DNA from: Cystobasidiomycetes sp. EMM_F5
Lineage: Eukaryota
NCBI GenBank assembly: GCA_051047955.1
Contig: JBPGPT010000003.1
Span: 62,001 to 126,000, forward strand
Direction: 5' to 3'
Length of the DNA stretch: 64,000 nt
The stretch's first letter is position 1; every line of letters starts with the position of its first letter. The position numbers and the translations under genes are program-made. The notes under the pieces were generated by a model, which had not been told where the DNA came from, searched no databases, and was given only the letters and a program-made list of their open reading frames with translations. Below, piece after piece: positions 12,409 to 25,431 of this stretch.

Positions 12409-12827
12409 TCAGCGGTAAGCGCACTCGTAATGAATGAACAGTCCGTACGATGCGCAGGTACCCAGGAAGGCCTGCGTGAATTGCCCGGCCGGGGTGGCAG
12501 CGACAAAGCCTAGGAAATCACCGTCGAAGAGATCGCACTCCGTTCCACCGGGGAAGGTCGCGAAAGTGGTGCAGCCAGCAGCGTCATTGCAGGCTGCAGC
12601 GCAATTGGAAACCCCGTTCACTGGTATTTCCACAGCGCCCTGTTGTGCGGGTAGCATCGTCAGTCATCTATGACCAGCAAGGCCTGTGCGTTATCATGGC
12701 TACGGACCAGGTCATGTCGGGTTGCGGTATTGACGACTTGGACCGAGTCACAAGCGCAGTAGTCCTTTGCAGCGACAGCTGCGGCGACGCCGACTGCCAT
12801 CCACTTGAGAATTTGGAAGGATCTCAT
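12409..12827 (-). CDS. Small secreted cysteine-rich protein (116 aa), PAN/apple-like Cys spacing
   Basis: Exon 1 (12827-12708): MRSFQILKWMAVGVAAAVAAKDYCACDSVQVVNTATRHDL. Intron 12707-12640 (GTCCGT..ACTGAC..CAG). Exon 2: GAVEIPVNGVSNCAAACNDAAGCTTFATFPGGTECDLFDG...CASYGLFIHYECAYR*. Eight Cys. Confidence 0.8.
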
Positions 12828-13724
12828 TGTTTGGTTGTAGGCGGATGGGATGTGGGACAGGGAAACAGCTGGTAGACTGGAGATTCAAGTGAACGAGTGT
12901 GGGTGCGGGACGATAAAGGTGAGCCGACGTGAGTACAGCAGCAAAGTCAATCCGCTGATTGAGCAGGCGAAACGAGGAAAAGCTTACTGTAAGGTCATTT
13001 CGCGTTCCCATGGCGGTGAACGAGGGCGCTCGACGACCAAGCATAGCTCGGCAACCGCTAACGACTTTCGAAGTACGGCTCGTCATCGGTTGGCTCAGCC
13101 GCGACGGGTGGCAGGTCCGTGCGCTGACAAGCTTGAGTCAGACATTCGATAAAGATCAAGTCTGTCCTGGCTGTCAGATTGATAAATTTGAGCAGCCGCT
13201 TGTAATGATGTGAGCTCGAAGAAGCTGAAATCGCATGCGTGAGCGAGCTGACCAATCCTGGAATATGGCGACGCTCGGTGAATTCTGAAGTGATTAGATG
13301 TCGTGCGATAATGATATCAGCATCCGTGGGCAGTTGAGCAGCACGTATTCCATGATTTTGGCTGTCCATGAACCAGCTCGATTCGTGCTGGCGGCTGCAG
13401 CGTCCAGGACGCCGCTCCCGTTGGTACGGACAGGTCTGGTCCGCACGGTGACCAGCACGGTGCAGCTTGCTAATTTCGCCGAAGATCCGAAGATCTTTTA
13501 TAGCCGACACTGCAACTCGTGCCGTCCCTATGCAGACGATTAGAAAACAGCAAGCTGATGCTGAGCTGCTTCTAACTACCCTTTCTGCACGCAGCGATTG
13601 TCTGAAAGTCCGCAAGCTCTGCTTGTACCGACTTCGCGGTCACGTTCTATCGCGTCAAGGTTGCCTTGTTCCGACGCCCGGCACTGTCCGATAGTGATAC
13701 GTGAAATTGCTCAGACTCAACAAA

Positions 13725-14705
13725 ATGGCCATCTGGAGCAGACAACAACGCAGCATACCAAGCTCACGGGCTTCGACTGAAGTAGGTCTAGTCGGGACTG
13801 CTTTTGCCAGAAAGCAACGCGTAAATTGACGACGCAATCATGTTTATCAGGAACAATCAATGCCGCCACCAAGTTCTTCAGCAGCAGGTCGTGGTCGAGA
13901 CTTGAATACGAATGCAAATGCCTCGACGTCGAGAGCCTCTTCGCGGTCGATTGTCGTCCTGAGGCCGCTCGCCTTGCCAGGCCGCGAGGCGTTCACCGCA
14001 AGTCCCAGTAAGTTTATTGGAATCCGTCCAGTACCGACATAGTGAGTCTGCATACAATATGCTGTCTAGTGCACGTCTGATCAGATTCTTCCATGCAACG
14101 CAGCTCGGAGATTCCGAAAGAGGAAGAAATGGTGCTCGAGCATGCTTTAACCGTTCAAGATTTGGCAAGATGTCGGTCTCTCGAAGCTGTGCATATTCCC
14201 AATGACACCGCACCTCCACCGGCATATCCTAGCCTTCACGAGAGTCATGCCCTTCAGCGGATCGTGACTCAATCTCGCGCTCCATCGGCGAAAGATGCAG
14301 CATCGCAAAGGCGGTCTGCTGCGCTTCGAGAAAGGAGAATATCATCGCCTATACGCGAAACACTGGTGAGAACGCACTACCATCAGTACGTGAATATCTC
14401 ATCGTGTGAGGGAGATATTGTGGGCTAATACATACCCTCCTCTGCCCAGTCCAACTGCAGGCATCAACGAAGCTCAGGCGGCATGGCTCGGGACGAAGGA
14501 CTCGCTGAAAGTCTTGACCAGAACATTTACACGCACGCCTCCAGCATTCCAAGAGCTTGCCACTACGCTGCATCGAGTACGCCTGGATCAGGAATATGAT
14601 GCGGCCCTGGCAGAGCTGCTGGAAGAGTCTGCGCATCTACCGCAAGCGCGCGCAAGAATCGAGGAACAAACGCTTGCTACCGTCGTCGGAAGTCGGATCC
14701 TGTAG
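13725..14705 (+). CDS. Hypothetical protein (4 exons)
   Basis: MAIWSRQQRSIPSSRASTE|EQSMPPP...|NSSMQRSSEIPKEEE...PPPAYPSL...|PTAGINEAQAAWLG...VVGSRIL*. Three canonical introns join four ORF fragments in frame. Confidence 0.65.
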
Positions 14706-15105
14706 AAGTCGATGTTTCCGTATTCAGTCATCAGTATGTCTGAGGTCAGCTCATGAAATCCCATAGAAGCAATTCCCGATAGTCCAATCAATGACAGTAT
14801 TCAGTAGCACATAGATTGCTGCATAAATGACTATGGTAAATTCGTAATACTCTGCCATACGCCAGTCCTGCAGGGATCGTTGGCTCGCTCATTACGCGTG
14901 TCGCATTCCTCTGGTAATTGGCCACTCTCGCGACTGCTTTTTGTACCACATGCCAGAAACACAAAGATAAAGATTCACTGCTCGGGTTGATTCCGTCAAT
15001 AATAAGGCCGAGTTTGGTTCAGCAGAGCAGCATTGACCAAACAACCCTGCAAGATTCACCTTCAGCTGTGCGACTTCCCGTCTTCTTGCTAGTTCGCAAG
15101 CGATC

Positions 15106-15384
15106 ATGCCGTTCTTGTCGATGTGCAAACTGGCCGCATCCCTCTGCTTCCTGGTGCTGCTTCTGGCGTATCCTGCTGCTGCAGTCCCATCCAAGCTGGA
15201 ACTGCACCGAGCTAGGCAATTGTCATCCTCATTGACGGTGCCCATAACGAGGAATCACGTATTGGCCAATCTACACGCTGTGTTTGGCCAAGACGGGATT
15301 CTACAACGGGTCGACATGGCGGCCATAGAAGCCAGGCGAAGCGCATTAGCCTTGCAGCTGTCAGAAAAGAGACAAATGCCATGA
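15106..15384 (+). CDS. Short secreted precursor-like ORF (possibly truncated or frameshifted)
   Basis: Strong signal-peptide-like segment MCKLAASLCFLVLLLAYPAAA-VP, then a propeptide-like stretch ending EKR, then only QMP*. Confidence 0.5.
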   Translation: MPFLSMCKLAASLCFLVLLLAYPAAAVPSKLELHRARQLSSSLTVPITRNHVLANLHAVFGQDGILQRVDMAAIEARRSALALQLSEKRQMP

Positions 15385-16145
15385 AACCTATCAAGAAGCA
15401 AGTATCCGCCAGGGTGAGTCGGCCAAAAGATCGTTGTCGAACATGCGTTCGCTGACATTCGTTTATTGTAAATGACCCGCATCCAAAATGCTAGAGGCGT
15501 GTACACTACCTGACCTAAACTGACATTGGCTGTAGAGTCGATTGTAAGCGCTGTGCACTTCATTCTCCGCGTTCAGGGCGTCACTGAATCGCGCGTGACG
15601 CTTCAGACCACTCAGGACGGGCAGTAGCGTCCACAAGAATTATAGCGACGGGTGGCTGGAACGAATCTGAAATGTAGGCATTTCGATGCGCATTGTCAGC
15701 ACCAATAGCACAGCGATGCAACAGTACGACCATCCCTGTCGTCTATCCGGAAGTCCCCACATATATCACCCCGGGCCAACCGAGGCAAATGTACTATTGC
15801 AGCGTGATTGGAGCTCATCTCAACGTCTATGTGATACAACAGCTCCCCGCAGATATCGTAGATGCTGTAGGCGGCTGGTCGTCGATGTGAACCTGCAACG
15901 CCACCCAAAGTTGGCAGACAACCTACTCTGACCAGCCCCGGCGCACATAAAAGACACGAGGCGGTCAGCTGGTCTTCCTTTGCTCTTATATCCAATCCTC
16001 TGCCCTCTCTTGCACATTGTCAATACGAAACAGTCCAACTCTTGATACATTCTTTATAAATCACAGCTCCTCAGCACAAGCCTCCACGATAGCACCATCC
16101 CTCATTCGCAAAGCACGACCAAAATACACATAATCACAAATCAGT

Positions 16146-16847
16146 ATGCGTCTCACCACCACATCCGTTGTCGCCGTGACCTGCCTGGCAGCTGTGGTGC
16201 TGGCCGCGCCCAAAGGTGTACACATTGACAAGAAGGTTGGAGATCTTGTGTATACCGACCCCCTCGACGTCGACAAGTCTACCTCGACCGATGATCTCGT
16301 GCTGTCCAAATTGGATCACAACGACGACTTGCTTTCGGACGACCCCACGCTGCACCTGCTAGACCTCGGTGAAGCAGTCACATATCTTGGTCATAAGAGT
16401 AGCGACGATGGATTCGAGCATGTCTACGACTCTTCTTCCGAGGACACAGAGGATGAAGCGCCAATCGATCTCTCTACCCAAGGAGACGTCCAGATTCTCA
16501 ACGTTGATACTTCCAAATCCTTGCTCTCTGGTCGCGCAATCGCGCCCGAATTGGATGACAAACGTGCTCCGGTAGATGGCAAGATGTATCGGTTGATTGC
16601 GCAAGACATGTCCGCAAGAGCACGTGGAGCACACCCAAAACATTTCCCTCGCACTAGTGACATGGACACTGCGGATTGTAATCACGACGACTCCAGCGAG
16701 TCGGCGTCTCCGTCGGATGACGCGTCGCTGCAAGCTGTGCGCACTTATCGCAAGGATCTCCGTCAAGCCACACGCACCGAAATCGTCGAAAGACAACGTA
16801 GACCTCGCAATGTAGGCGGTCCATCGCCCAGCGCGGTTTTCCGGTGA
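16146..16847 (+). CDS. Secreted acidic low-complexity hypothetical protein (233 aa)
   Basis: Single ORF with signal-peptide-like MRLTTTSVVAVTCLAAVVLA-AP. Asp/Ser-rich, with an internal KR site. TATA-like TTTATAAA at about 16053. Confidence 0.75.
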   Translation: MRLTTTSVVAVTCLAAVVLAAPKGVHIDKKVGDLVYTDPLDVDKSTSTDDLVLSKLDHNDDLLSDDPTLHLLDLGEAVTYLGHKSSDDGFEHVYDSSSEDTEDEAPIDLSTQGDVQILNVDTSKSLLSGRAIAPELDDKRAPVDGKMYRLIAQDMSARARGAHPKHFPRTSDMDTADCNHDDSSESASPSDDASLQAVRTYRKDLRQATRTEIVERQRRPRNVGGPSPSAVFR

Positions 16848-17403
16848 GCTATAACACGTATTGATGCTCTATAACAAGCTTGACTGATGACAATGCTGCA
16901 CTCATAGTCGATCATAAAGGCGATAATTATTCGACGAAGCCGTCTCGGGGGTCAGGTGTTCACAGTTCTGCAGTTCCCGCATGTTGTAAGCGATCGCATT
17001 TTTGGGTCAGAAGGGTGGACTGGTTGTTGTCGTGCATCCTGTTTCATCGTAATCAGTCATATTCGGAATTAAATCAGATGCGGCTTCGGTTGCCAATATA
17101 AACATCACTGACATGTTTGTCGGCACTTTCGTGTTTGTTCAGTGCCCAGGGAAGCGGCGAAATGTGCTTAGAACGCGTGTAGCGCTCGGCGACATCACCC
17201 TCCGGCGACTTCGAAGTCATGCAACAAACGAGAAGGCCGTTGCCAGATCCGCTCTCAAGTTTAGATGATTATATTTCAGAAAGATGTTGTACACTGTGAC
17301 TCGGTATTGCTCTATGCATGCTGCTGCTGGGTATGTGGAATCCAACTAGGAACAGACGCCGACTGTACAAACTGCAAGAACTACGTCTATAGACCTTTGT
17401 GAC

Positions 17404-20400
17404 TCAGCGTGCCATTGCCAGTAAGCGATTGAAGCACTCGCGACTTACCGACGAGGCTGCTTGGTAGGCGTCCATAAGCGACTTTTGGATCTTTTCGAGC
17501 TGATCTTCGTTACTGATCATGACCTGCTGTAGAGTTGTAACATCCTCAACAGAGAGACCCGCAGCGACCATAAATTCAGCAATGTTCGAATATGCTCTTG
17601 GAGTGTCCGTTGCAAGATCTTCGAGGTCCGTGACGATCGGTATGAACGCATCGCGCATGATGAGCGATGGCACAATGTCGGCTGCACAAACTGCCTTGAG
17701 TAAAACTGCCACCGCATCCCTGTCCGCCACCTTGCCATCTGCGACTTTTGCGACAAACGCTTTGACAAGTTCGCCTCGGTGACGTGTAGGTAAAGCTTCG
17801 AAAGTAGCTTTGCCTTCCTCCGCGTTACGGACAGCGATAAACTCCTTTACGGAATTGTCAATCGAGCGTTTCGTAGCATCATCCATCTCGCCTGAGTCGC
17901 TATCGTCAGTGACTCCGCCTTCAGCTTCTACTTCGCCCTCTTCCGGATCGTCGGCTGCAACAGCCGGCTCTGGCGTTGAGGCGTCAACTGTACGGGCAGT
18001 CAGATTGAGCTTCTTGCGCTGCGGCTCAGCACTCTCAGTCGTCTCAGATTGCTCAAGAACGGCGAACTGGTTAGCTGCACCTGGTGCAGCTTCCTCCTTG
18101 ACTGGCGCTTTGTTGCGAAGCGCTCCAAAGGCGGGGGAGCTGCTAGACGGACGGATCTTGCCGAGACTTGCGAGATCACCAGCTTTCTGTTGTCGCGGCG
18201 GTGCTGTTGCCTGCCATCCGTCCGGACCGACGGTCGTGTCTCGGCCCTGGCCGCGACGGGAGCCGCCGCGCTCCATACCTCCACGTGAAGGCAGGCCTCT
18301 GCCTTGGCTTGCGACTCGCTTGGCCTCCTCCGCACGCGCTTGCATAGCAGCCTTAGATTGTCAAGTCAGTACGCTGCTGCCCGCTCGTATGCGTAATGAC
18401 TTACATCCTGATGAATCTGCGCGATCGACTTGGGTCCAGACGGCAAAGTCTTGCTCTGCCACCCGTTCTTGCGTGTGTCTATGAGGTCTAGGATCATATA
18501 TTGTAAGCGTGATGGGACAGCCTTGTTCTCGACGATAGCTGCTAAGCGCGTGAAGTAAACATTCATATATTTTCCTCCTTGCTGCGAAGCCTCGGCGTTT
18601 TCTAATTGTTGTCCTACAGTGCTGAGAAGTCGACATAGAGACTCGATGTCTTCTTCTTCAGGCGTGGCGATATTGGCGACAAGCTTTTTAATGCACTCGT
18701 GCATGCTGGGAAACAAACGTCTCAGCTAAACGATCCTGAAGTATATACGGCAAGCTTACATCTTTTCCCTCAGCATACCAAGTTTGAAGAGCTCTCCGAT
18801 GAATTTGACCAAGCCGAGTCCTCGACGTTTTGCCTTTTCAGCGGCATAGTATTCGTCCGAGAAGTCGACGCCTTTGGCTGCCTGCTCTTTGTCAACACCG
18901 GCAGCCTCAGCATCCTTCTCGGCCTGCTCTTTCTTTGTCCTATCTTCGTCGGCCTTTCCTTTGGCAGCCAACGTGGCGGATTCTTTTTGAGCCCATCCGC
19001 GTTCGTAGTCGTGCTGACATCTGGTCAATAGATACCGACGGAATAAGCGTCCACCAGATGTCGGCTCATTGTTCTCCAGCATAAGCGTATAATCTGCAAC
19101 GTCCGGAGACAATTTGGCGTGTAAGAATAAGCACAGCTTGGCATAAACGCTAGACCAGGTTGCTTCGTCGGTAGCCTTTTCGAAAATAAGAGCGATTACT
19201 TGCTTCAGTATGCGACCATCTTTCTCCGCTGCTGACTTGTTCGCCCAAGCCAGAATCTGATTGCCTATACTCTCAAAGTTCTCGACAGTGAGCTTGTTAA
19301 GCAGAGCCTTAATCTTACGCTCCACCACTTCCGGTGCGTCATCAGGCTGTTGGTTGGCAGATCGACTCGCTTGCACTGAGGGAGTCCATCGATTCTCCGC
19401 AGTCTCCAATTGAACGTTTTCAGAAAGCACAGAATTCGCAGAGGGAGCGGCAGGTCGCTCGGCGGCGCGTCTACGGCCGCGCCCGCTACTCCGATCCATG
19501 CCACGTCCGCTTGGGCCACCAACAGGGATGCCTCCGGCCACGCTAGGAGTGCGCGCCATTCCACCAGGCCGGCCAGGCAGTCCAAATCCACTGGCTGCCG
19601 CTGCATTGGCTTGCGCAAAACGCGCCTCGGACGAAGATAATGGGCCTCCGGTAGCAAAATTGCCCATTGCCGCGAAACCAGTTGAGACTGCACGATTTCC
19701 TGGTCCGGGTCGCCCTGATCCGAGTGGCGTGCTGGGTACGGATCCGGGATTTCGTGCGCGTCCACCGTACGATGCAGAACGAGGAATAGGAACTCCACCG
19801 GCGGAAGGACCCTCGTCAACCATACCGATAGCTTCCAAGGACGGCAGTTGCTCTGGCTTCTCCTGGCAGATCTTCATAAATTGTAGCAGGAAATCCCTGT
19901 CATATCTGAATTTGCCAGGCTGTGCTTTGGCGTTTAGCGCAAAGATGGGCGCCTTGAATTTCTTGACCTCCTTGTCAACTGTGTATTGGTCAGGATAAGG
20001 TATTAAGCTCAAATCTTCGATACGATGAGCGCGACTGAGTGCTGAGCCCGGCGCAACTATGGCTTCAGCGGACACGCCGCGTGCGGCAGCAATGTCCAAA
20101 GGCTCAGGGATAGGTTTTTTGTAGGTAGGTGTGGGGAGATCACCGGAAGGAGTGGCAGGTGTGGACGGACCATCGGTCGATGCTTGAGAAGAAGCTTGTC
20201 TTGATAGAGGAAGGGAGGGTGTGGTTGGCATCTCTTCGCTCGACTTCGCAGATGCGGCTGCTAGTTCTTGAGCCCGTTGACTCTCAGCATGAGCAGCCGC
20301 CTTGCTCTCCTCATCCGCTTTGCGTTGGCGTTCAGCTTCTGCGGCTTGTTCCCTCTCAGCAGCCTCCTGCTCCTTAGCAGCTTTGTCAGCCGCTTCCTGC

Positions 20401-23075
20401 TCTTTCTGTTGCTGAGCCTTTGATTCCGCAGCTCGTTTCGCTGTGGCCTCCTGCTCTGCTTGCTCCTGCTCTTTAGCTGCTGCAACCTTGGCATCAGCCG
20501 CACGCTTTTCCTCAGCCTCTTGTTCTGCTCGTTTGCGATCTTCTGCGGCTTTAGCATCACTATCCGCCTGAGCCTTGACGGCCGCGGCCGCGTCTACCGC
20601 AACGTTCTTCGTTGCCTGGTCGTCACGAGCGGAGTCCGTAGGAGCAGGAGACGCAGGTTTTTCAGCGGCTTTGTCCTTCGGCGCGTCTTTAGCAGGTGGT
20701 TTGCGGATGAGTAGCGCTTTGCTGGGTGGCTTGGCGAAGACAGCAGGACTTCTGGCCTGTGCTGGTAGCTGGAAGGGCGGAGCACCTGTGTTCAGTCCGG
20801 ACGGAATACCGGATGGCGGCATCGAAGGCGTGAAGGTGTTGGCGTGAGCAACATGAGCAGCGGTAAAGTGGGTTGAGGGTGTTCCGCTTTGTACAGGCGT
20901 ATGTTGGTGCAGCTGAGAAGGTGTGGATGGCAGATGTTGTTGACGAAAGGCGGCAGATGGAGTGGTTGACGCTGCGCCATTGCCCGACGTGTTTATCGAT
21001 GAAACTGAAGCTTCGCTCGGAGGACCACCCTGACTATTCTGTAAACTACCGGCCGGCCACGTACTGCTGCTAGTGGATGTGGAGAGGGTGGGTCGCAGAG
21101 ACTGCGCTGGGCTACCTGGCGTTGAGCTTCCCAAAGATTGCTGCGAGGTCTGACCTGCCGGCATTGGAGGGCGCACGCCAGCTTGACTGGGATGCGTGTA
21201 TGAGCCTGACGGGGCGTAGGCGTAGTTCATATTATACTGGTACGGAACAGTTGGAGGGTGCTGCTGAGCTTGCCATTGTTGCTGAGCATATGCTGCCGGA
21301 GTGCCGGGAGTGCCAGGGTAGTATTGGCCATGCGGGGGTGCAGGTCCCGCTCTCGGAGAATTGGGACCTAAAGATTGACGATGCTGATGGCCCATGGGGG
21401 AAGGACCAGCACGACTTGCTCCACCAGGAATGAAAAGTGGAGCCCCGCCAGTCAGAGGCCGGCCGTGGATGCCTTGTTGACCGGGAGTGCTACCGCCAGA
21501 CCCATAAGCGTGTGCACCATTGATGTTGCTCGGCATGCTCTGAGAATGTGGAATAGGTGACATGCCCATGCCGTTCGGATTGCCAGCAGCGGAGCTTCCT
21601 GGCCCGCCTTGAGCCATGTTAGACTGAGAGTAATTACTGTGACCAGGAGCACCGAATGCCGGGCTGTGCATACCGCCATACATGGGATATCCCTGCGGCA
21701 CATTACCCATGTGTGCACCTGGCTGATGCGAAACAGAACCTGGTCGACCTGGAACACTACCAGTCTGGGATGTGGCCGGAGAAAAGGGTCGACTCTGGTT
21801 CATATTGTGAATCTGCTGACCAACGTAGGAGTGATTGGGAGTCGTGGCATGATTAAGCTGAGCAGCTGCGGCACGAGGCGAAAGGACGACACTTTGACCG
21901 TTGCCGCTGGATGGTGAAGCCTCGTAAAAAGACGGTCGCCGCGAAGACATACCGCTACCGGTGGCATTCAAAGCTTGATTCGGTTGCTGTAAGAAGCACG
22001 GCAGTCGCGGAAGTCAGTCATGTCGTGATCAGTATCATTACCTCCATATGACCTACGGGCGAGCTACTGGTGGGAGAAGTCTTGTCTGGGTTGGCTTGAA
22101 AGAATTGGTTAAAATCAAACTTGATATTCGCTGGAACGGCTTTTGGGCCAGCCGGGGCAGCAGAGCTTGGGCGAGAAGCATTTTGGCTGGTAGAGATTGG
22201 AGCTGTAGGTGCAGGCGCTGGAGTGGATGCAGAAGTAGCGCCGGAACCTGCGACGTTCTTGAAGTCCCCGAAAGTGGGGGCTACATTCGGCATGCTCGAC
22301 AGCACTGAAGGCTGCGCAGGCGAAGAAGACGACGAGGTTGTCGAAGCTTCGTTGACGTTGCCAAATGCAATGCTTGAGGTATCTGTTTGCAGAGTCGACG
22401 AGATACATATTTACACGTGCAAAAGGGGGAAGAGGAGGCGTAAAGAGAGAAGCCGCAATTAGCGAGTGATGCGCTAGCTAGGCAAGACGAGCTTTTGCTA
22501 CCACACTTACTGTCCTTTAATGCAGGATTCTTGCTCTCGAATGGTTGTGCTGCAGCAGAGGGCTTCCGGTTGTGCACAGTCTGTTGCTGCTGATTTGCAG
22601 CTGGCCCGCCACTTTGTGTTGTGCCGGGTGGCTGTCTGGGCTGGCCGGTCTGTGACGCGACGCGAGAGGAGCTTGCAGTACCATGGCCGGAAGCATTACT
22701 GTTTACTAGCGTAGAGCCTGCTTGACTGGCCGCACTTGCATTACCGGCAGAATTTGCGGCATTGCCTGCAGAGATTGACGCAGGCGCCGCTACTGCACTC
22801 GCCGTAGAGTTGGGTTGTTGTTGTTTGTTGGAACCAGCCGCGATCTTTGCCCAATTGGCCGCGACTGGCTGTGTAGAAGTAGGTGCCGGCAGGTTGGTAG
22901 ATTCAGCGCGAGCTGGCGAATCCTTCGCCGCCGCGTTGATGACCGAGGGAGTCGAGTTTGCTGCTGCGGTAGCTGAAGCAGCGTTGACTGACGACGCAGC
23001 TCCACCCTTCTGCCCTTTGCCGGTGTTCTTTGCTCCTGTGGGTTGCGATGATGCTACCGATGGAGTCCTGCTCAT
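17404..23075 (-). CDS. TIF4631: Eukaryotic translation initiation factor 4G
   Basis: eIF4E-binding motif YDRDFLL. MIF4G domain VVERKIKALLNKLTVENF...LIFEKATDE...RRGLGLVKFIGELFKLGML...EEEDIESLCRLLSTVG. C-terminal helical MA3-like region and long low-complexity N-terminus. The exact last exon is uncertain (donor at 17448). Confidence 0.95.
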
Positions 23076-23951
23076 TTAAGAGTATCTCTCGCTTTCGGAA
23101 TCTGCTTTTCGATGTAGCAGACGTAGGTGTGTTGAATATTGGATATTGGATGTTAGATGTAGCTGTAGCTGGTTTGGCTACGCTGTTGGGGCTGTCCGCG
23201 GCAAAACAGATGCCCGCATAAAGAGAATCGCCAGTTTGACGACAGGCCGTAGAAACGCCAGGGCAGTGCAACGAAGGTCGGTAAATGAAACGTCAGACAG
23301 TCAGTAAAGTCCTTGTATGTTTGCAGGCTGTAATGCCTTTGAAGCAATGCCTGACCCACCTTTAATTTTCGCCGGGATTGAAATGTGACGATGTCTTGGA
23401 AATCGATGGCCGCGGATGTGCGACTGGCGGAAAGTGTGACCACGAGTCCTTTACAAGAAGTCGCAGCTGTCACTTCAAGAGTCGTCGTTGAAGACTCGTT
23501 CCCGTCTGTGACGGCAGGCTGACTCCGGATTTCGTCCAACAATTGACGTCCGTCCTGCAAAACGGGCGGAGGGTGCGCTGCGGAGGATTGGCCGACGGAG
23601 GCTGACTGTGATATTTACCGAGGTCGCGTCTTTCCCTGCTGTGTCGCTGGACTGGGGAGTTTGCTCTACTCCCCTCGTCCTCTTCGATGAACCAAAAAGA
23701 AAGCGAAGGTGCGGCTTCAAAGGGGCAAAAGATTTCAAGAATGGTATATAGAACTCGCTATAGTTTGAAGAGCAACAGCTGGCTTGCGGATACATGGAGA
23801 CCTTTACAGAGCAATTCAGGCAATGCTTGATTCCCTGCTTCAGCTTCTCATTGCGAACGCGTTGCAGACTCGTTTACGCCAGCACGACAAAAAGCGGTGG
23901 CCGCCAGTAGTACAACTACTCAACCAGCAACGCATGCAGGGTTTAATGCAC

Positions 23952-24868
23952 CTACTGCACCTCGATACTCAGATCTATCGCATCGTTCTTGAGCCATCGG
24001 GCTCCCAGGTCTTCCAGATGATCATCCCAGTCTGCAACCTTGTCTTGCAGGCCCTGCTTAATAAGCGATGCTAGACGCGTTGGAGATGCATCATGCGATG
24101 CGTTTTGAAGGAACAAGATATCTTCGGAAGCTGTAGCTGCTGGCGCCTGCAACAGTCTGAAGGCGGACTCGGTGGTGAGGCTTGTGTTATCCAGCTGGTT
24201 TCAACAACTTCAGTGGGTCGTGTACGTACCAACACTGGCAACACTCCACCTACCACAAAGATTCTCGGTACCCATGAAGCGCTCCCTGTCTTCTTTGGCA
24301 AGGCTAGCTGCTGCTGTAGTCGTTGTATCAGTAGCGGTATATTGCTGTTGTCTGACAACAGGGCAGGTTTCGGCAATCCATATGGCGCGTAATAGAACGC
24401 CAATATCTGTAGCCCATTACTATTTGCGTACTCTTCGACCTATGATATGCAGTCTCAGCAGGCTCTGCTCATGTACGGACAAACCAGCATGGCAAGGCTG
24501 ACCATGTCCATCCCCGCTTCGAATGCCATGCTCAGACCAGTCCAGTGGTGTAATAAAGGTATAGCATGCGTATATCTTGCCGTCACATCGCCATCGTATG
24601 CCGTTTCCTTGCCTTTGCCTTTGCCATTCACCTTGTGCACTGGTGTCACAGGTAACTCTCGACTGCTAGATCCAGCTGCCGCAATGTCATTGGAGCCATC
24701 AACAACTTGACTGGCGGTGCCGCTGCGAGTGTTCTTGCTGCCTTCTGCTGAAACGGTACCGAGCAGGCAACCAACGACCACAGAGGAAGGCCAGCGAGCG
24801 GCATGCAGGAGAGGGAGCAGAGAGGCCGCAGGCTGGAAGAGATGGGTGACAGAGCTCGAAGATGCCAT
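23952..24868 (-). CDS. ER membrane complex subunit 8/9 (UPF0172 family)
   Basis: LLPLLHAARWPSSVVVGCLLG, HAIPLLHHWTGLSMAFEAGMDM, and C-terminal VADWDDHLEDLGARWLKN match recalled EMC8/9 signatures. Confidence 0.85.
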
Positions 24869-25431
24869 GTTTTGGACGGGGGGATATGTTTGTGAAGGGC
24901 GCGCTACTCAAGCTGATCGATGATGAAGCCGTGGTCAATTCCGCTACTTGTCCTTTCACTGGTTCTCATGCATCGCACTGCAACGTAACGTAAAGCTTTC
25001 CCGTTCCCCGGTCACAGCAGATTCCTCAAACTCGGCAACCCCAATCAACGCGTTCTACGAGGCCACTTAGAATTGCACCCGTCACCTATACTTCGCTGCT
25101 GGTGGTCCGGCTAACAATATGTTCAGGAGCTGAAAATCTATACGCTGAATGCTGATCTCAGGCCATGCAAGAAGAGAGTCGGCTGTTCGGATTGCTATGC
25201 CAGGTCGTCAACGCCTAAGTATACTAGCCGAAGCGACCTATCATCCAAAAAATGTGAACAGCTGTCTAGCCGAGACTGGTCACGCGGAGTGCAATACGGT
25301 AAGTCTGTCGGACATCAGGATATGTATGAACGCCTTTGAGGAAGCTCTGACTTGTCGTCGCACCGCCCGCGCAGATTCACCTCTTTCTTCTTCCGTCTGC
25401 TGCTTAGACTATCGCATGGTCATATTCAGAC

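Noticed and set aside
17810..18484. Long plus-strand ORF antisense to eIF4G (similar cases at 19498-19998 and 61891-62613)
   Set aside because: Shadow ORFs opposite well-supported genes, with no recognisable motifs.
23153..23950. ORFs upstream of eIF4G
   Set aside because: No recognisable protein features. Probably eIF4G promoter/5' leader and EMC8/9 3' UTR. uORF function cannot be judged without a TSS.
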